Origin: an uncultured Lewinella sp.
GTDB taxonomy: Bacteria; Bacteroidota; Bacteroidia; Chitinophagales; Saprospiraceae
Direction: 5' to 3'
Length of the DNA: 64,000 nucleotides
NCBI GenBank assembly: GCA_964616365.1
Contig: CAZTTF010000117.1
Span: 156 to 64,155, forward strand
Below the pieces are notes generated by a model that had not been told where the DNA came from, did not search any database, and saw nothing but the letters and a program-made list of their open reading frames with translations. This document shows, piece after piece, positions 56,017 to 64,000 of this stretch; position 1 is the first letter of the stretch, and every line of letters starts with the position of its first letter. A program made the translations under genes and the position numbers.

Positions 56017-56580
56017 CTAGTCGATCCAGGTTACTTTTTCCTCCCACGCTCCGCGTGGGCGAGGGAGTTCTGGTGCATCGTGATGGCCTAGGTAGAACAG
56101 ACCCATGCAACGCTCATTCGCAGCTGTTCCCGGCCACTGACCGTAGTGATCACAGAGGAAGGTGGGGCTGGACCAGTAGCCGCCCAAATTGTAGGCTTCA
56201 AGGCTTGTCCATAAATTCTCCATCGCGCAGCCTACGGCTGCAACCTCTTCCCACTCCGGAACACTCTCAGCGGGGTCACGGTGCAGAAATACTGCAATGA
56301 CCACTGGTGACTGATCAAATTTCTGACCGAATTTTTTAGCGAGCTTCTCACTCCAACTGGCTTCAGGTTGGCGCAAGGCATTGTAAATATCCGCTACCTC
56401 AGCTTTGAGTTTTTCTTTTCCATCTCCCATATAGACTCGAAAACGCCAGGGCTCCGTTTTCTTGTGGCTGGGCGCATGGTTCGCAGCGTCCAATAAGGCG
56501 CTGACGACCTCCTTGCCCACGGGTTTGTCGGTGAAAAACTGTGGGAAAATGGAGCGACGGTTCTTAATGTGGGGGAGCAT
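56017..56580 (-). CDS. Nitroreductase-family protein
   Basis: 187 aa. N-terminus IKNRRSIFPQFF...LLDAANHAPSHKKTEPWRF. Confidence 0.8.
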   Translation of the reverse strand: MLPHIKNRRSIFPQFFTDKPVGKEVVSALLDAANHAPSHKKTEPWRFRVYMGDGKEKLKAEVADIYNALRQPEASWSEKLAKKFGQKFDQSPVVIAVFLHRDPAESVPEWEEVAAVGCAMENLWTSLEAYNLGGYWSSPTFLCDHYGQWPGTAANERCMGLFYLGHHDAPELPRPRGAWEEKVTWID

Positions 56581-56715
56581 GGTTGTTTACTTTGGTCTTT
56601 AAAAGGGACGCCTCGCTAATGGGCTGGTCAGATAGTCCCACAAAGAAAGAAAAAAACTCAGAGCAAAAGGTATTATTGCCTAACCACTTTGACTTGGGCG
56701 AACCCCACATCAAGA

Positions 56716-57465
56716 TTACTGTACTGCCTCGACGAGTGGAACAAGCAGACCGTAAACTACAGCAGCAAGGGCACCTCCCGCGATGGGCCCAAGAATCGGA
56801 ATCCAGGAATATGACCAATTGCTATCACCTTTGCCGGGAATGGGGAGAATAGCGTGAGCGATCCTGGGGCCAAGATCACGGGCAGGGTTGATCGCATAGC
56901 CGGTTGTGCCCCCGAGTGATAGTCCGATCGCGAGTACAACGAGTGCTACCGGTAGGGCGTCAAGAGAGCCTAGTTTTCCGTCGGGCGTACCAAAATTGGG
57001 TGCAGTTAGATATAGAACTGCAATAGCAAAGGCGAAGGTCCCTAAAAACTCCGAGATAAAGTTGGCAGATGTATCCTTGATAGCAGGGCCGGTAGAAAAT
57101 GTTCCTAACACCGCTGCTGGGTCAGGCTCCGCTGCGTAGTGAGGTCGGTATTGCAACCAGCAGAGGGTAGCCCCGGTAATCGCTCCCAGTAACTGAGCAA
57201 GGAAATACATGGGAACCTGTGCCCAGGTAAAAGCTCCTCCTTTGATCGCCAGAGCTACGGTAACGGCAGGATTAAGGTGGGCACCAGAGCCAAAGCTCGC
57301 GGCTACAAAAACGGCTACGAAAACGGCCATCGCCCAACCAAAGGCAGTAACTATCCAGCCACTACTCTGACCGTATGTGCCTTTCAGCGTTGTATTTGCG
57401 TTGACTCCGCAGCCAAGCAGGATGAGTAGTGCGGTACCAATGAATTCGCCGAGAAATGCCGTCAT
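56716..57465 (-). CDS. MIP-family channel, GlpF-like aquaglyceroporin
   Basis: 249 aa. Two NPA boxes (HLNPAVT and INPARDLGPR). Confidence 0.85.
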   Translation of the reverse strand: MTAFLGEFIGTALLILLGCGVNANTTLKGTYGQSSGWIVTAFGWAMAVFVAVFVAASFGSGAHLNPAVTVALAIKGGAFTWAQVPMYFLAQLLGAITGATLCWLQYRPHYAAEPDPAAVLGTFSTGPAIKDTSANFISEFLGTFAFAIAVLYLTAPNFGTPDGKLGSLDALPVALVVLAIGLSLGGTTGYAINPARDLGPRIAHAILPIPGKGDSNWSYSWIPILGPIAGGALAAVVYGLLVPLVEAVQ

Positions 57466-57639
57466 GCGTGTGGGAGGTTGAAGTCAGAAAATGCGTTACT
57501 GGGGCATAATTTATGCATTTATCCTACATTGAGAAGTCTTTTGCTATTAAACCACGGGATTTACGGGTAAATGCCATCCATTTAGTCGCACGAGCGTTTC
57601 TTGTTTAACTAAGAATCATCCTTTAATAAATCTACGACT

Positions 57640-58419
57640 ATGCGTCGCATCCTATTGTTTTTACTTGTTGGAGTAGGCTCCATCGCACTTTCTTCCTGCC
57701 TGACTATCGAGGAGCGTATTTCACTGAACAGTGACGGCTCGGGCAAGCAGGTCACTACCGTTGACATGAGCGGCTTGCTGGATAACCCCTTCGTTAAGAT
57801 GGCGATGGCGGAAGAATTCGATAAAGAAGACAACGCTGTGCTGAGCGCCAAGATGGATTCCTCTTTCATGGTTGCTAGTGAATTGCTTCCCCTCAACCCT
57901 CAGTGGAGTAGCGCCGAAAAGGAACTTGTTAACCGCGTATCGGGAAACATTAAAATGGACGTGGAAAGCGGCGTTGGCCTCGTAACCACCACGTTCGATT
58001 TTAACTCCATCGAAGAAATTGAGAAGCTAACCGAGCTCCTTAATAACGCTAATAAACCTGCGGAGAATGAAGGTAACCCACTTGCCGGCCTCTCAAATGG
58101 GAATTTCCTGCTCTCCTCCATGATGATCAAAGGGACTAAGTTTTCCCGTAACACCCAAAAGGCCCCTAACTTCTCCAATCCGCTGGAAGAAAATGAGGAG
58201 CTGGACGCAGGTATGCTATCCATGATGAAGGAAATGTTCGGCGATGCTGCAGTGATTTATCAGGTAGACTTTCCCGGAAAAATCAAGAAAGTAAGTGGTT
58301 TTGACGGGCATGAAGTTCAGGATAACTCACTGATCATGATGTTCGACTTCATGGAGCTCATGGAAGATCCTGAGGTAGCAGCACGCGCACTTACTGGTCA
58401 GGTGAAATTCAAAAACTAA
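57640..58419 (+). CDS. Hypothetical lipoprotein
   Basis: 259 aa. Lipobox IALSSC. No recognisable domain. Confidence 0.5.
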   Translation: MRRILLFLLVGVGSIALSSCLTIEERISLNSDGSGKQVTTVDMSGLLDNPFVKMAMAEEFDKEDNAVLSAKMDSSFMVASELLPLNPQWSSAEKELVNRVSGNIKMDVESGVGLVTTTFDFNSIEEIEKLTELLNNANKPAENEGNPLAGLSNGNFLLSSMMIKGTKFSRNTQKAPNFSNPLEENEELDAGMLSMMKEMFGDAAVIYQVDFPGKIKKVSGFDGHEVQDNSLIMMFDFMELMEDPEVAARALTGQVKFKN

Positions 58420-58451
58420 GCAGTACTTCCATTGCTTATCACTCCAATTTG

Positions 58452-58493
58452 GCACCTGCGGCCGCGCCCCAATGTGGGCGCGGCCGCAGGTGC
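58452..58493. repeat. Two family B 18-mers as a perfect inverted pair (18-bp stem, 6-nt loop)
   Basis: GCACCTGCGGCCGCGCCC-caatgt-GGGCGCGGCCGCAGGTGC, 33 bp after the stop of the lipoprotein gene. Confidence 0.9.
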
Positions 58494-58673
58494 ATTAAGT
58501 AGGATCAAGAAGCTATAAACGAAAGCGCTCCTGTCGGTCTACGACATCCAGTTAAGCGCTGGGTTGTTGCCTAAAGCAGAATGGTATACCTTGTGGCAAA
58601 ACAAGCTACAGCAGCCGGCAGGAGTAATCAATATCCCATTTCATTGCCTGCTGATCTTGAAAACATTGCTGCC

Positions 58674-59093
58674 ATGACCATCAACTTACACCGGATTGAT
58701 AACGATTTCCACCTGCAAGCCACTAATGAGGACGGACTAACGATGTCCTTCGATGGAGGCACCGCCATCGGCGGTCACAATCAGGCATTCAGCCCTATGC
58801 AGACCGTGTTGTCAGCCGTAGGCGCTTGCTCTTCGATTGATATCATCCTGCTGCTGCGCAAGCAGCGCCAGGAGCTTAAGGACCTCCGCATCAAACTCAC
58901 CGCAGAACGGCGCGAAGAATCACCCCGGCTTTTTACCAAGATCCATGTAGATTACACGCTGGTGGGAGATATTGATGACAAGAAAGCCGAGCGCGCCTGT
59001 CGCCTCAGCATGGAGAAGATGTGCTCGGTTAGCCTGATGCTTAAAGCCGGAGGTGTGGAGATCACCTGGGCTTATGAAGTTGTCGCCGAATAG
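58674..59093 (+). CDS. OsmC-family peroxiredoxin-like protein
   Basis: About 139 aa from MTINLH. Motifs AVGACSSIDIILLL and KMCSVS. Start moved from 58581. Confidence 0.75.
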   Translation: MTINLHRIDNDFHLQATNEDGLTMSFDGGTAIGGHNQAFSPMQTVLSAVGACSSIDIILLLRKQRQELKDLRIKLTAERREESPRLFTKIHVDYTLVGDIDDKKAERACRLSMEKMCSVSLMLKAGGVEITWAYEVVAE

Positions 59094-59113
59094 TCGTCCG
59101 GAAATGAAATGAT

Positions 59114-59620
59114 ATGGAAACTTCACGCCTTCATCTGCGTCCCTTTCTCATCGAAGATGCACCTGAAATATTTCGCTTAAACGGCAATCCTGAAGTGATG
59201 CGCTACCTCGGGAAACGCGAGGTTTATGAGCGTTTGGAACAAGCCGCTGGCTTCCTGGAAGCATATATCCCAAATTCGGCATCATTACCATACTGCCGCT
59301 GGGCCGTCATCCGAAAGTCGGATGATTCATGGCTGGGATGGTGCGGCCTTAAATTGAATGAGGATGGCAGGACTGACCTCGGTTTCCGCTTTCACGAGGA
59401 ATACTGGGGGCAGGGATACGCAACCGAATCAGGAGAAGCCTGGCTTCGCCGAGGCTTCGGGGAATTCAAACTGCCTAAAATTGTGGCCCAAACGACTTCT
59501 GAAAACCTGGGGAGCCAACGCGTGATCACAAAACTCGGCTTTAGCCGGGAACCGGAAGCTGATCACGACGAAGGAGAATTCCGGTGGTGGAATTACGCTC
59601 TGTTGAACCCTGGCCTGTAA
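59114..59620 (+). CDS. GNAT-family N-acetyltransferase
   Basis: 168 aa. RLHLRPF...EYWGQGYATE...SQRVITKLGF. Confidence 0.75.
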   Translation: METSRLHLRPFLIEDAPEIFRLNGNPEVMRYLGKREVYERLEQAAGFLEAYIPNSASLPYCRWAVIRKSDDSWLGWCGLKLNEDGRTDLGFRFHEEYWGQGYATESGEAWLRRGFGEFKLPKIVAQTTSENLGSQRVITKLGFSREPEADHDEGEFRWWNYALLNPGL

Positions 59621-59628
59621 ACAAGATT

Positions 59629-60456
59629 TTACTTACCCAAACGGTCAATGGCAGCACTCAGCCGGTTGATCATCTTGCCTTGATTGGCAATGGTCTCTTT
59701 CAGCCCCACCATCTCGTCGTGGACGTAACGCTGAATATTCTGGGGGGAGGGGAGGAAGGGCGTAATTCTGGCCCGAACGTACCAGATCTCCCGCAGGTCA
59801 GCAAGGGATACCCGGTAGGGCTCGTAGAAGTTGTTGTCAGCTACTAGTTCAAGCTCCTTACTTTCTCCAATAAAGTTTTGTACCCGGCGTACGACTACGT
59901 CACTCCGCGTAACGATGACGTAGGCATAGTTATCTTTTATTCCGGACTCCCAGAGCGTTGGCTCTAAAAAGGAGCAAATTACCTTGTCACCTTCAAAAAG
60001 AGTAGGCTCCATACTGTCTCCCGGAACATCAAAACTGCGGTGGGTACCAACCTTGTATTTGTAGTCCGGAAGGCTATAGGTTGGCAGGTCCTGTACAAAA
60101 GAGGGGTCACCTAGCTCAGCTGCATAGACTGCCTGTGCAGGCAGCGGAACGTGGACAATAAGTTCGTCGTCGTTAGGGGTCTGGATCGTGGTCAGTACCC
60201 GGAAACTCTGGTTGGTCTCTTCCGTCATGAACATTGGCCCGTCGCCGGTCATGATGTAAACCGGATTCATCTTATACTTGGCAATGGCCTTGCGAAGCAG
60301 CTCGATCGTAACGTCCCGGCGCCCTTTAAGGATTTCAGAAAGCGATTGGGGTAAGTAGTCGAGGCTAAGGGCAAACTGACGACTGGAACGGACACGTTTC
60401 TCCTCTCTGAGTTTATTATGGCACTTGATAAAGCGCTGGGAGACGACGTTATTCAT
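59629..60456 (-). CDS. HTH + S24 (LexA/CI-like) peptidase-domain transcriptional regulator
   Basis: 275 aa. N-terminal HTH (SSRQFALSLDYLPQSLSEIL), S24 nucleophile motif VPGDSMEPTL and C-terminal helical tail. Confidence 0.7.
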   Translation of the reverse strand: MNNVVSQRFIKCHNKLREEKRVRSSRQFALSLDYLPQSLSEILKGRRDVTIELLRKAIAKYKMNPVYIMTGDGPMFMTEETNQSFRVLTTIQTPNDDELIVHVPLPAQAVYAAELGDPSFVQDLPTYSLPDYKYKVGTHRSFDVPGDSMEPTLFEGDKVICSFLEPTLWESGIKDNYAYVIVTRSDVVVRRVQNFIGESKELELVADNNFYEPYRVSLADLREIWYVRARITPFLPSPQNIQRYVHDEMVGLKETIANQGKMINRLSAAIDRLGK

Positions 60457-60557
60457 AAATATGGCAGTGTTTCAATCCAAGTGAGGACCCAAAGATAGGA
60501 GGTCTTTCCGTAATGGCAATGTTTATGAATGCTTTTTGTTGCAACTTTTTGCGAACT

Positions 60558-61649
60558 TTAGTCCACAGACAGAATTGTGTCCTTTTTTCCTGCCTCCCCG
60601 AGCTTCTTTATCGCAATGGCTTGCTCAACGTCCTCCTTTTTTGTGGTAGGCCCGGCACAATCACTTGCCGAAGGCTCATAGTTGAAAGCAATGAAAATGG
60701 GGAAGTGGTCTGAGCCTACATAGGGTAATCTTTCCAGGTGCGCCACGGTAAAGTCGGGGTTGTGGAATACGTGATCCAGTGGCCAGCGGGCCCACCAGTG
60801 CTCTGCGTGGAAAGTGGCAAAAAGCCCCCGCCCGCGGCGGGGATCACAAAGTTTACTGATCCGCTGGAATAAGCGGGAAGAGTAAGACCAGGCAACATCG
60901 TTCATGTCGCCTGCCACGATTGCAGGCCTGCCCTTTGCTTTGATTTCTAGTCCAACCTTAGCGAGTTCTGCGTCACGCCCAGTGCTGGCATAGGCCTCCG
61001 TCGGGCTGGGGGGAAGGGGATGTAAAAAGTACAAGTCAACTTCGGGACCATCGTCTAGCGCAATGGTTACGTCGATGCTGGGGATGTCCTCTTTGATCCG
61101 ATAATTGATGGATGAACTGGCAAATGGTATGCGGCTAAACAGGTGCATGCCGTAGAGATTGTCTTGCGGAACGTCAATATGATAAGCGTAGTGGGCATCA
61201 AGTCCGCTGTGTAGCGCCTGCCCCCAGTCCTCATCGGATTCCAGCGTAAGGACCATGTCGGGCTGCTGCTCAAGTACGAGGTCGATAACGCGCTGGTACT
61301 GCTTATTCGGTTGTAGGACATTACAAACCATGAGACTGAGATCGGGTGCTGTTGCTTTACGGACTGTTGTCCTTGACTGGACAGGGTAAAGGGAGGTGTA
61401 GGGCAAAATGCGTGCCACCTGATAGATCAGGGCAAGGGTCAAAACACCATTAACAATGAGGCTAAAGGTTGTCCGTTGAGTATTGCTAAACTGCCACAGG
61501 ATGATACTTGCCAGAAGGATAACTACAATTTGGACCCGAGGATAGTCGAACCCACGAATCCAGTAATCATCCTGTCTGATGAATGGTATCAATGTACCTA
61601 GTATACCAAGAATGCCAAGTAAATATGCTGTGCCAGTGAGGATGATCAA
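60558..61649 (-). CDS. Membrane-anchored endonuclease/exonuclease/phosphatase (EEP) family protein
   Basis: 363 aa. 3-4 N-terminal TM segments. EEP motifs GDMNDV and GSDHFP. Confidence 0.75.
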   Translation of the reverse strand: MIILTGTAYLLGILGILGTLIPFIRQDDYWIRGFDYPRVQIVVILLASIILWQFSNTQRTTFSLIVNGVLTLALIYQVARILPYTSLYPVQSRTTVRKATAPDLSLMVCNVLQPNKQYQRVIDLVLEQQPDMVLTLESDEDWGQALHSGLDAHYAYHIDVPQDNLYGMHLFSRIPFASSSINYRIKEDIPSIDVTIALDDGPEVDLYFLHPLPPSPTEAYASTGRDAELAKVGLEIKAKGRPAIVAGDMNDVAWSYSSRLFQRISKLCDPRRGRGLFATFHAEHWWARWPLDHVFHNPDFTVAHLERLPYVGSDHFPIFIAFNYEPSASDCAGPTTKKEDVEQAIAIKKLGEAGKKDTILSVD

Positions 61650-61750
61650 GGAGGTTTTTATTGTTGTAACGGGGAAATGGCGTTGATTTGTTCGGTGGAT
61701 GAACCCTCTCCTTTTCCAGTTTGTAACCTATATATTAAAACTAATTAGCC

Positions 61751-62644
61751 GTGATCCATACCATCGACCTGAAGTTTCTTAATGAACCAGCAGCCATCGC
61801 AGCTTTTGCGGTGGAGGACGATGCCGGCATCACCTTAGTGGAATGCGGGCCATTCTCGACCCATGATAACCTGATTGCCGGATTGGAGGCGAAAGGGCTT
61901 AATCCGAATACTGTTCACACCCTGTTGTTGTCTCATATCCACTTTGACCATGCTGGTGCAGCCTGGTGGTGGGCGCGGCGCGGTACCCGGATTTATGTTC
62001 ACCCCAAAGGACTTAAGCACATGATTGACCCTACGAAGCTTTACGGTTCGGCGGCCCGTATTTATGGGGAAGACAACATGGAACAGTTGTGGGGGAAAAT
62101 GGATAAAATTGATCCCTACGACATCGGTTCAGTGGAGGACCGTACCCGACTCACCATCGGTGGGCAGACCTGGGTAGCCCACCATACACCGGGGCACGCT
62201 AGCCATCACATCGCCTGGCAGCTGGGTAAAACTGTATTTACCGGAGATGTCGGTGGCGTCATGATTAAAGGCGGCCCGGTGGTGCCGCCCTGCCCGCCGC
62301 CCGATATCAACGTATCGCACTGGCGGTCGTCAATCGACCGCCTGCGGAGCCTGCGCGCGGAGGAGTTTTACCTGACCCACTACGGGGCCGTCAGTGCTAA
62401 AGGCGATCACCTGAATCAACTGTTGACGCGGCTGGATGCCTACGTTGACTTTGTCTTACAGGCACATGATTCAGGCAAGACGGAAGAGGAGATCGTCCCT
62501 GCTTTTACGGAGTTCGTCGAGTCTGAGCTCCAGGAAAAAGGGGTAGGGGAGGATACTATTGGCGCCTACCGGGCAGCCAACCCACCGTACATGAGTGTTG
62601 CGGGGATTCTGCGCTGGTTGAAATTGAGCGGTCAGATCACCTAG
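61751..62644 (+). CDS. MBL-fold metallo-hydrolase
   Basis: 297 aa. GTG start. HxHxDH motif SHIHFDHAG. Confidence 0.8.
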   Translation: MIHTIDLKFLNEPAAIAAFAVEDDAGITLVECGPFSTHDNLIAGLEAKGLNPNTVHTLLLSHIHFDHAGAAWWWARRGTRIYVHPKGLKHMIDPTKLYGSAARIYGEDNMEQLWGKMDKIDPYDIGSVEDRTRLTIGGQTWVAHHTPGHASHHIAWQLGKTVFTGDVGGVMIKGGPVVPPCPPPDINVSHWRSSIDRLRSLRAEEFYLTHYGAVSAKGDHLNQLLTRLDAYVDFVLQAHDSGKTEEEIVPAFTEFVESELQEKGVGEDTIGAYRAANPPYMSVAGILRWLKLSGQIT

Positions 62645-62694
62645 GGGCTAATGCTTCGTTATCCAAGCGGTTTTCGCATCGGATGCGGAGATGC

Positions 62695-63972
62695 TTAGGA
62701 GGGAACGGTCGTGATAGACAACACCATTTCATCGGTTGGTTGCACTTTGAACGTATTGGAAATGCAGTAGCCGGGAATAGCCATGATCTCGTCCTGGTCA
62801 TTGGTGAGCAGGTAAATGCGGTCGCGTAGCCAGACGGGGATTTTGGCGTCAATCATATAGTCTTTGACCTTTTTCGTCTTCCCACCCAGACCGAGAGGGG
62901 CGAAGCGGTCGCCATTTTTGCGCGGCCGCAGGTGCAAGGGGAAGGACGAAGGAGCAAGGTAGAGCACGCCGGGTTGGTTCAGCGTTGCGGGGCGGGGGAT
63001 GAGGTTTACCTGAAAATGAATATGCCCCGTATCGCAGGAGGTTGGGGTACCATCCACCTCTGTGGTAGCAAGAGGAGTAGATTCAACATTTTCCTGAGCA
63101 ATAAAGCTGAAGCGTTCTGGCTCAACGAAAACCTGATGCGTTGGACTCTCAATAACCCTGGAACCAGTAACCGAGAGCATTTGCTGAATCTGATCAGGTG
63201 TAAACCCAAACGGCTGGACAGCCTCGTGTAAAAAGGTGGAGAGCAAGCTGTCTGATAGGTCCTGGTGGCGTTGGACTATCCAGACATCCCCTTGAGTAGC
63301 GGTGTATTGCTGCCTGATGTGCGCTAAACTACGCTCGTATAAAGACAGTGCTGCACGTAAGTGCCTGGCCGTTTTAATCCAGCTCTCGGAAGCAAGGCCT
63401 AACTCCTTTAGTGAGGGCGTCAGGTGGTGCCGGACACGGTTGCGCAGGTAGTCATCGGATTGGTTGCTTTGGTCCTCCCTCCATACGAGCGACTTAGCCG
63501 AGGCATACTGTTCTACCTGTGCTTTGGTACACTCCAGGAGGGGTTTTCGTGTTGGTTTCATTCCGGCCAGTCCACTGAGTCCGGTGCCTCTGATGAGGTT
63601 AATCAGCGATGTCTCCAGATTGTCCTCGGCATGGTGGGCAGTGAGTAGCTGTGTGTAGTGAGTAGTTTGCAGGATGTCATCAAACCAGTCATACCGTAGT
63701 CGCCTGGCGGTCATCTGGGTGCTCTCCCCGGGCTGGGCCCGGGCTTTGGTGTCCACTGCTTTGTAATAAAACTTGGCATCCAGCGTACGCGCCAACTCCT
63801 CCACGAAGGCTGCGTCTCCGTCGGAGGCTGCGTCCCGCAGCTGAAAATTCATGTGCGCGATGGCGAAGTCGTAGCCCTCTGCGTGCAGCGCGTGCGCCAA
63901 TACGGTACTGTCCAGCCCGCCGGAGCAGGCAAGTAACAATTTATCCGCGTGCGTGAAGAGTTGCTCCCGCAT
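62695..63972 (-). CDS. tilS: tRNA(Ile)-lysidine synthetase
   Basis: 425 aa. PP-loop LLACSGGLDSTVL and C-terminal RPRKNGDRFAPLG motif. Confidence 0.9.
   Translation of the reverse strand: MREQLFTHADKLLLACSGGLDSTVLAHALHAEGYDFAIAHMNFQLRDAASDGDAAFVEELARTLDAKFYYKAVDTKARAQPGESTQMTARRLRYDWFDDILQTTHYTQLLTAHHAEDNLETSLINLIRGTGLSGLAGMKPTRKPLLECTKAQVEQYASAKSLVWREDQSNQSDDYLRNRVRHHLTPSLKELGLASESWIKTARHLRAALSLYERSLAHIRQQYTATQGDVWIVQRHQDLSDSLLSTFLHEAVQPFGFTPDQIQQMLSVTGSRVIESPTHQVFVEPERFSFIAQENVESTPLATTEVDGTPTSCDTGHIHFQVNLIPRPATLNQPGVLYLAPSSFPLHLRPRKNGDRFAPLGLGGKTKKVKDYMIDAKIPVWLRDRIYLLTNDQDEIMAIPGYCISNTFKVQPTDEMVLSITTVPS
62920..62935 (-). repeat. Family B 16/18 copy inside the tilS coding sequence
   Basis: GCGCGGCCGCAGGTGC on the + strand. 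On the minus strand it encodes HLRPRK of TilS. Confidence 0.7.
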
Positions 63973-64000
63973 GACGAACTCCCGAAAAGTGGTGATGAGG

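Noticed and set aside
59629-62644. Possible prophage or mobile-element remnant, because of the CI/LexA-like S24 repressor
   Set aside because: The window contains no integrase, transposase, phage structural genes, flanking tRNA or direct repeats. The neighbours are ordinary enzymes.

Overview
This 64-kb chromosomal segment appears to come from a Bacteroidota genome. Supporting features are two PorP/SprF genes, a GldJ/GldK-type lipoprotein, a ~2,330-aa protein ending in a T9SS type-B (gliding motility-associated) C-terminal domain, and a short 288-aa RpoD. I support about 51 protein genes. I saw no rRNA, tRNA, CRISPR array, transposase or integrase. Main blocks: (1) 1-10.7 kb is a sulfur-assimilation cluster (SulP permease, rhodanese, Crp/Fnr regulator, sulfite reductase, cobA, siroheme synthase N-domain, Fe-S type APS reductase cysH, TrxR-like ferredoxin-NADP reductase). 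(2) 10.8-29 kb holds mixed housekeeping genes (arcA, rpoD, purD, oxidoreductases, esterase, FtsX permease). (3) 29.6-32 kb holds PorP/SprF plus a GldJ/K-like lipoprotein. (4) 32-38 kb holds tRNA-modification genes (queG, gluQ, a long RluA fusion). (5) 39.7-42.7 kb holds a LytTR response regulator, an unannotated 49-aa double-glycine-leader peptide ORF and a soluble TPR histidine kinase. This is my top candidate for an undescribed peptide-signalling system. (6) 44.3-55.2 kb is a T9SS type-B cargo module (PorP/SprF, OmpA-family protein, giant adhesin with five 498-bp tandem repeats). (7) 55.4-64 kb holds small enzymes, an aquaglyceroporin, an S24/HTH repressor-like protein and tilS. Three families of short intergenic repeats recur through the window: a CCCACTACC array, an 18-mer containing a NotI site, and a ~110-bp structured element. 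All functional calls come from motif recognition by eye. No database search was possible.
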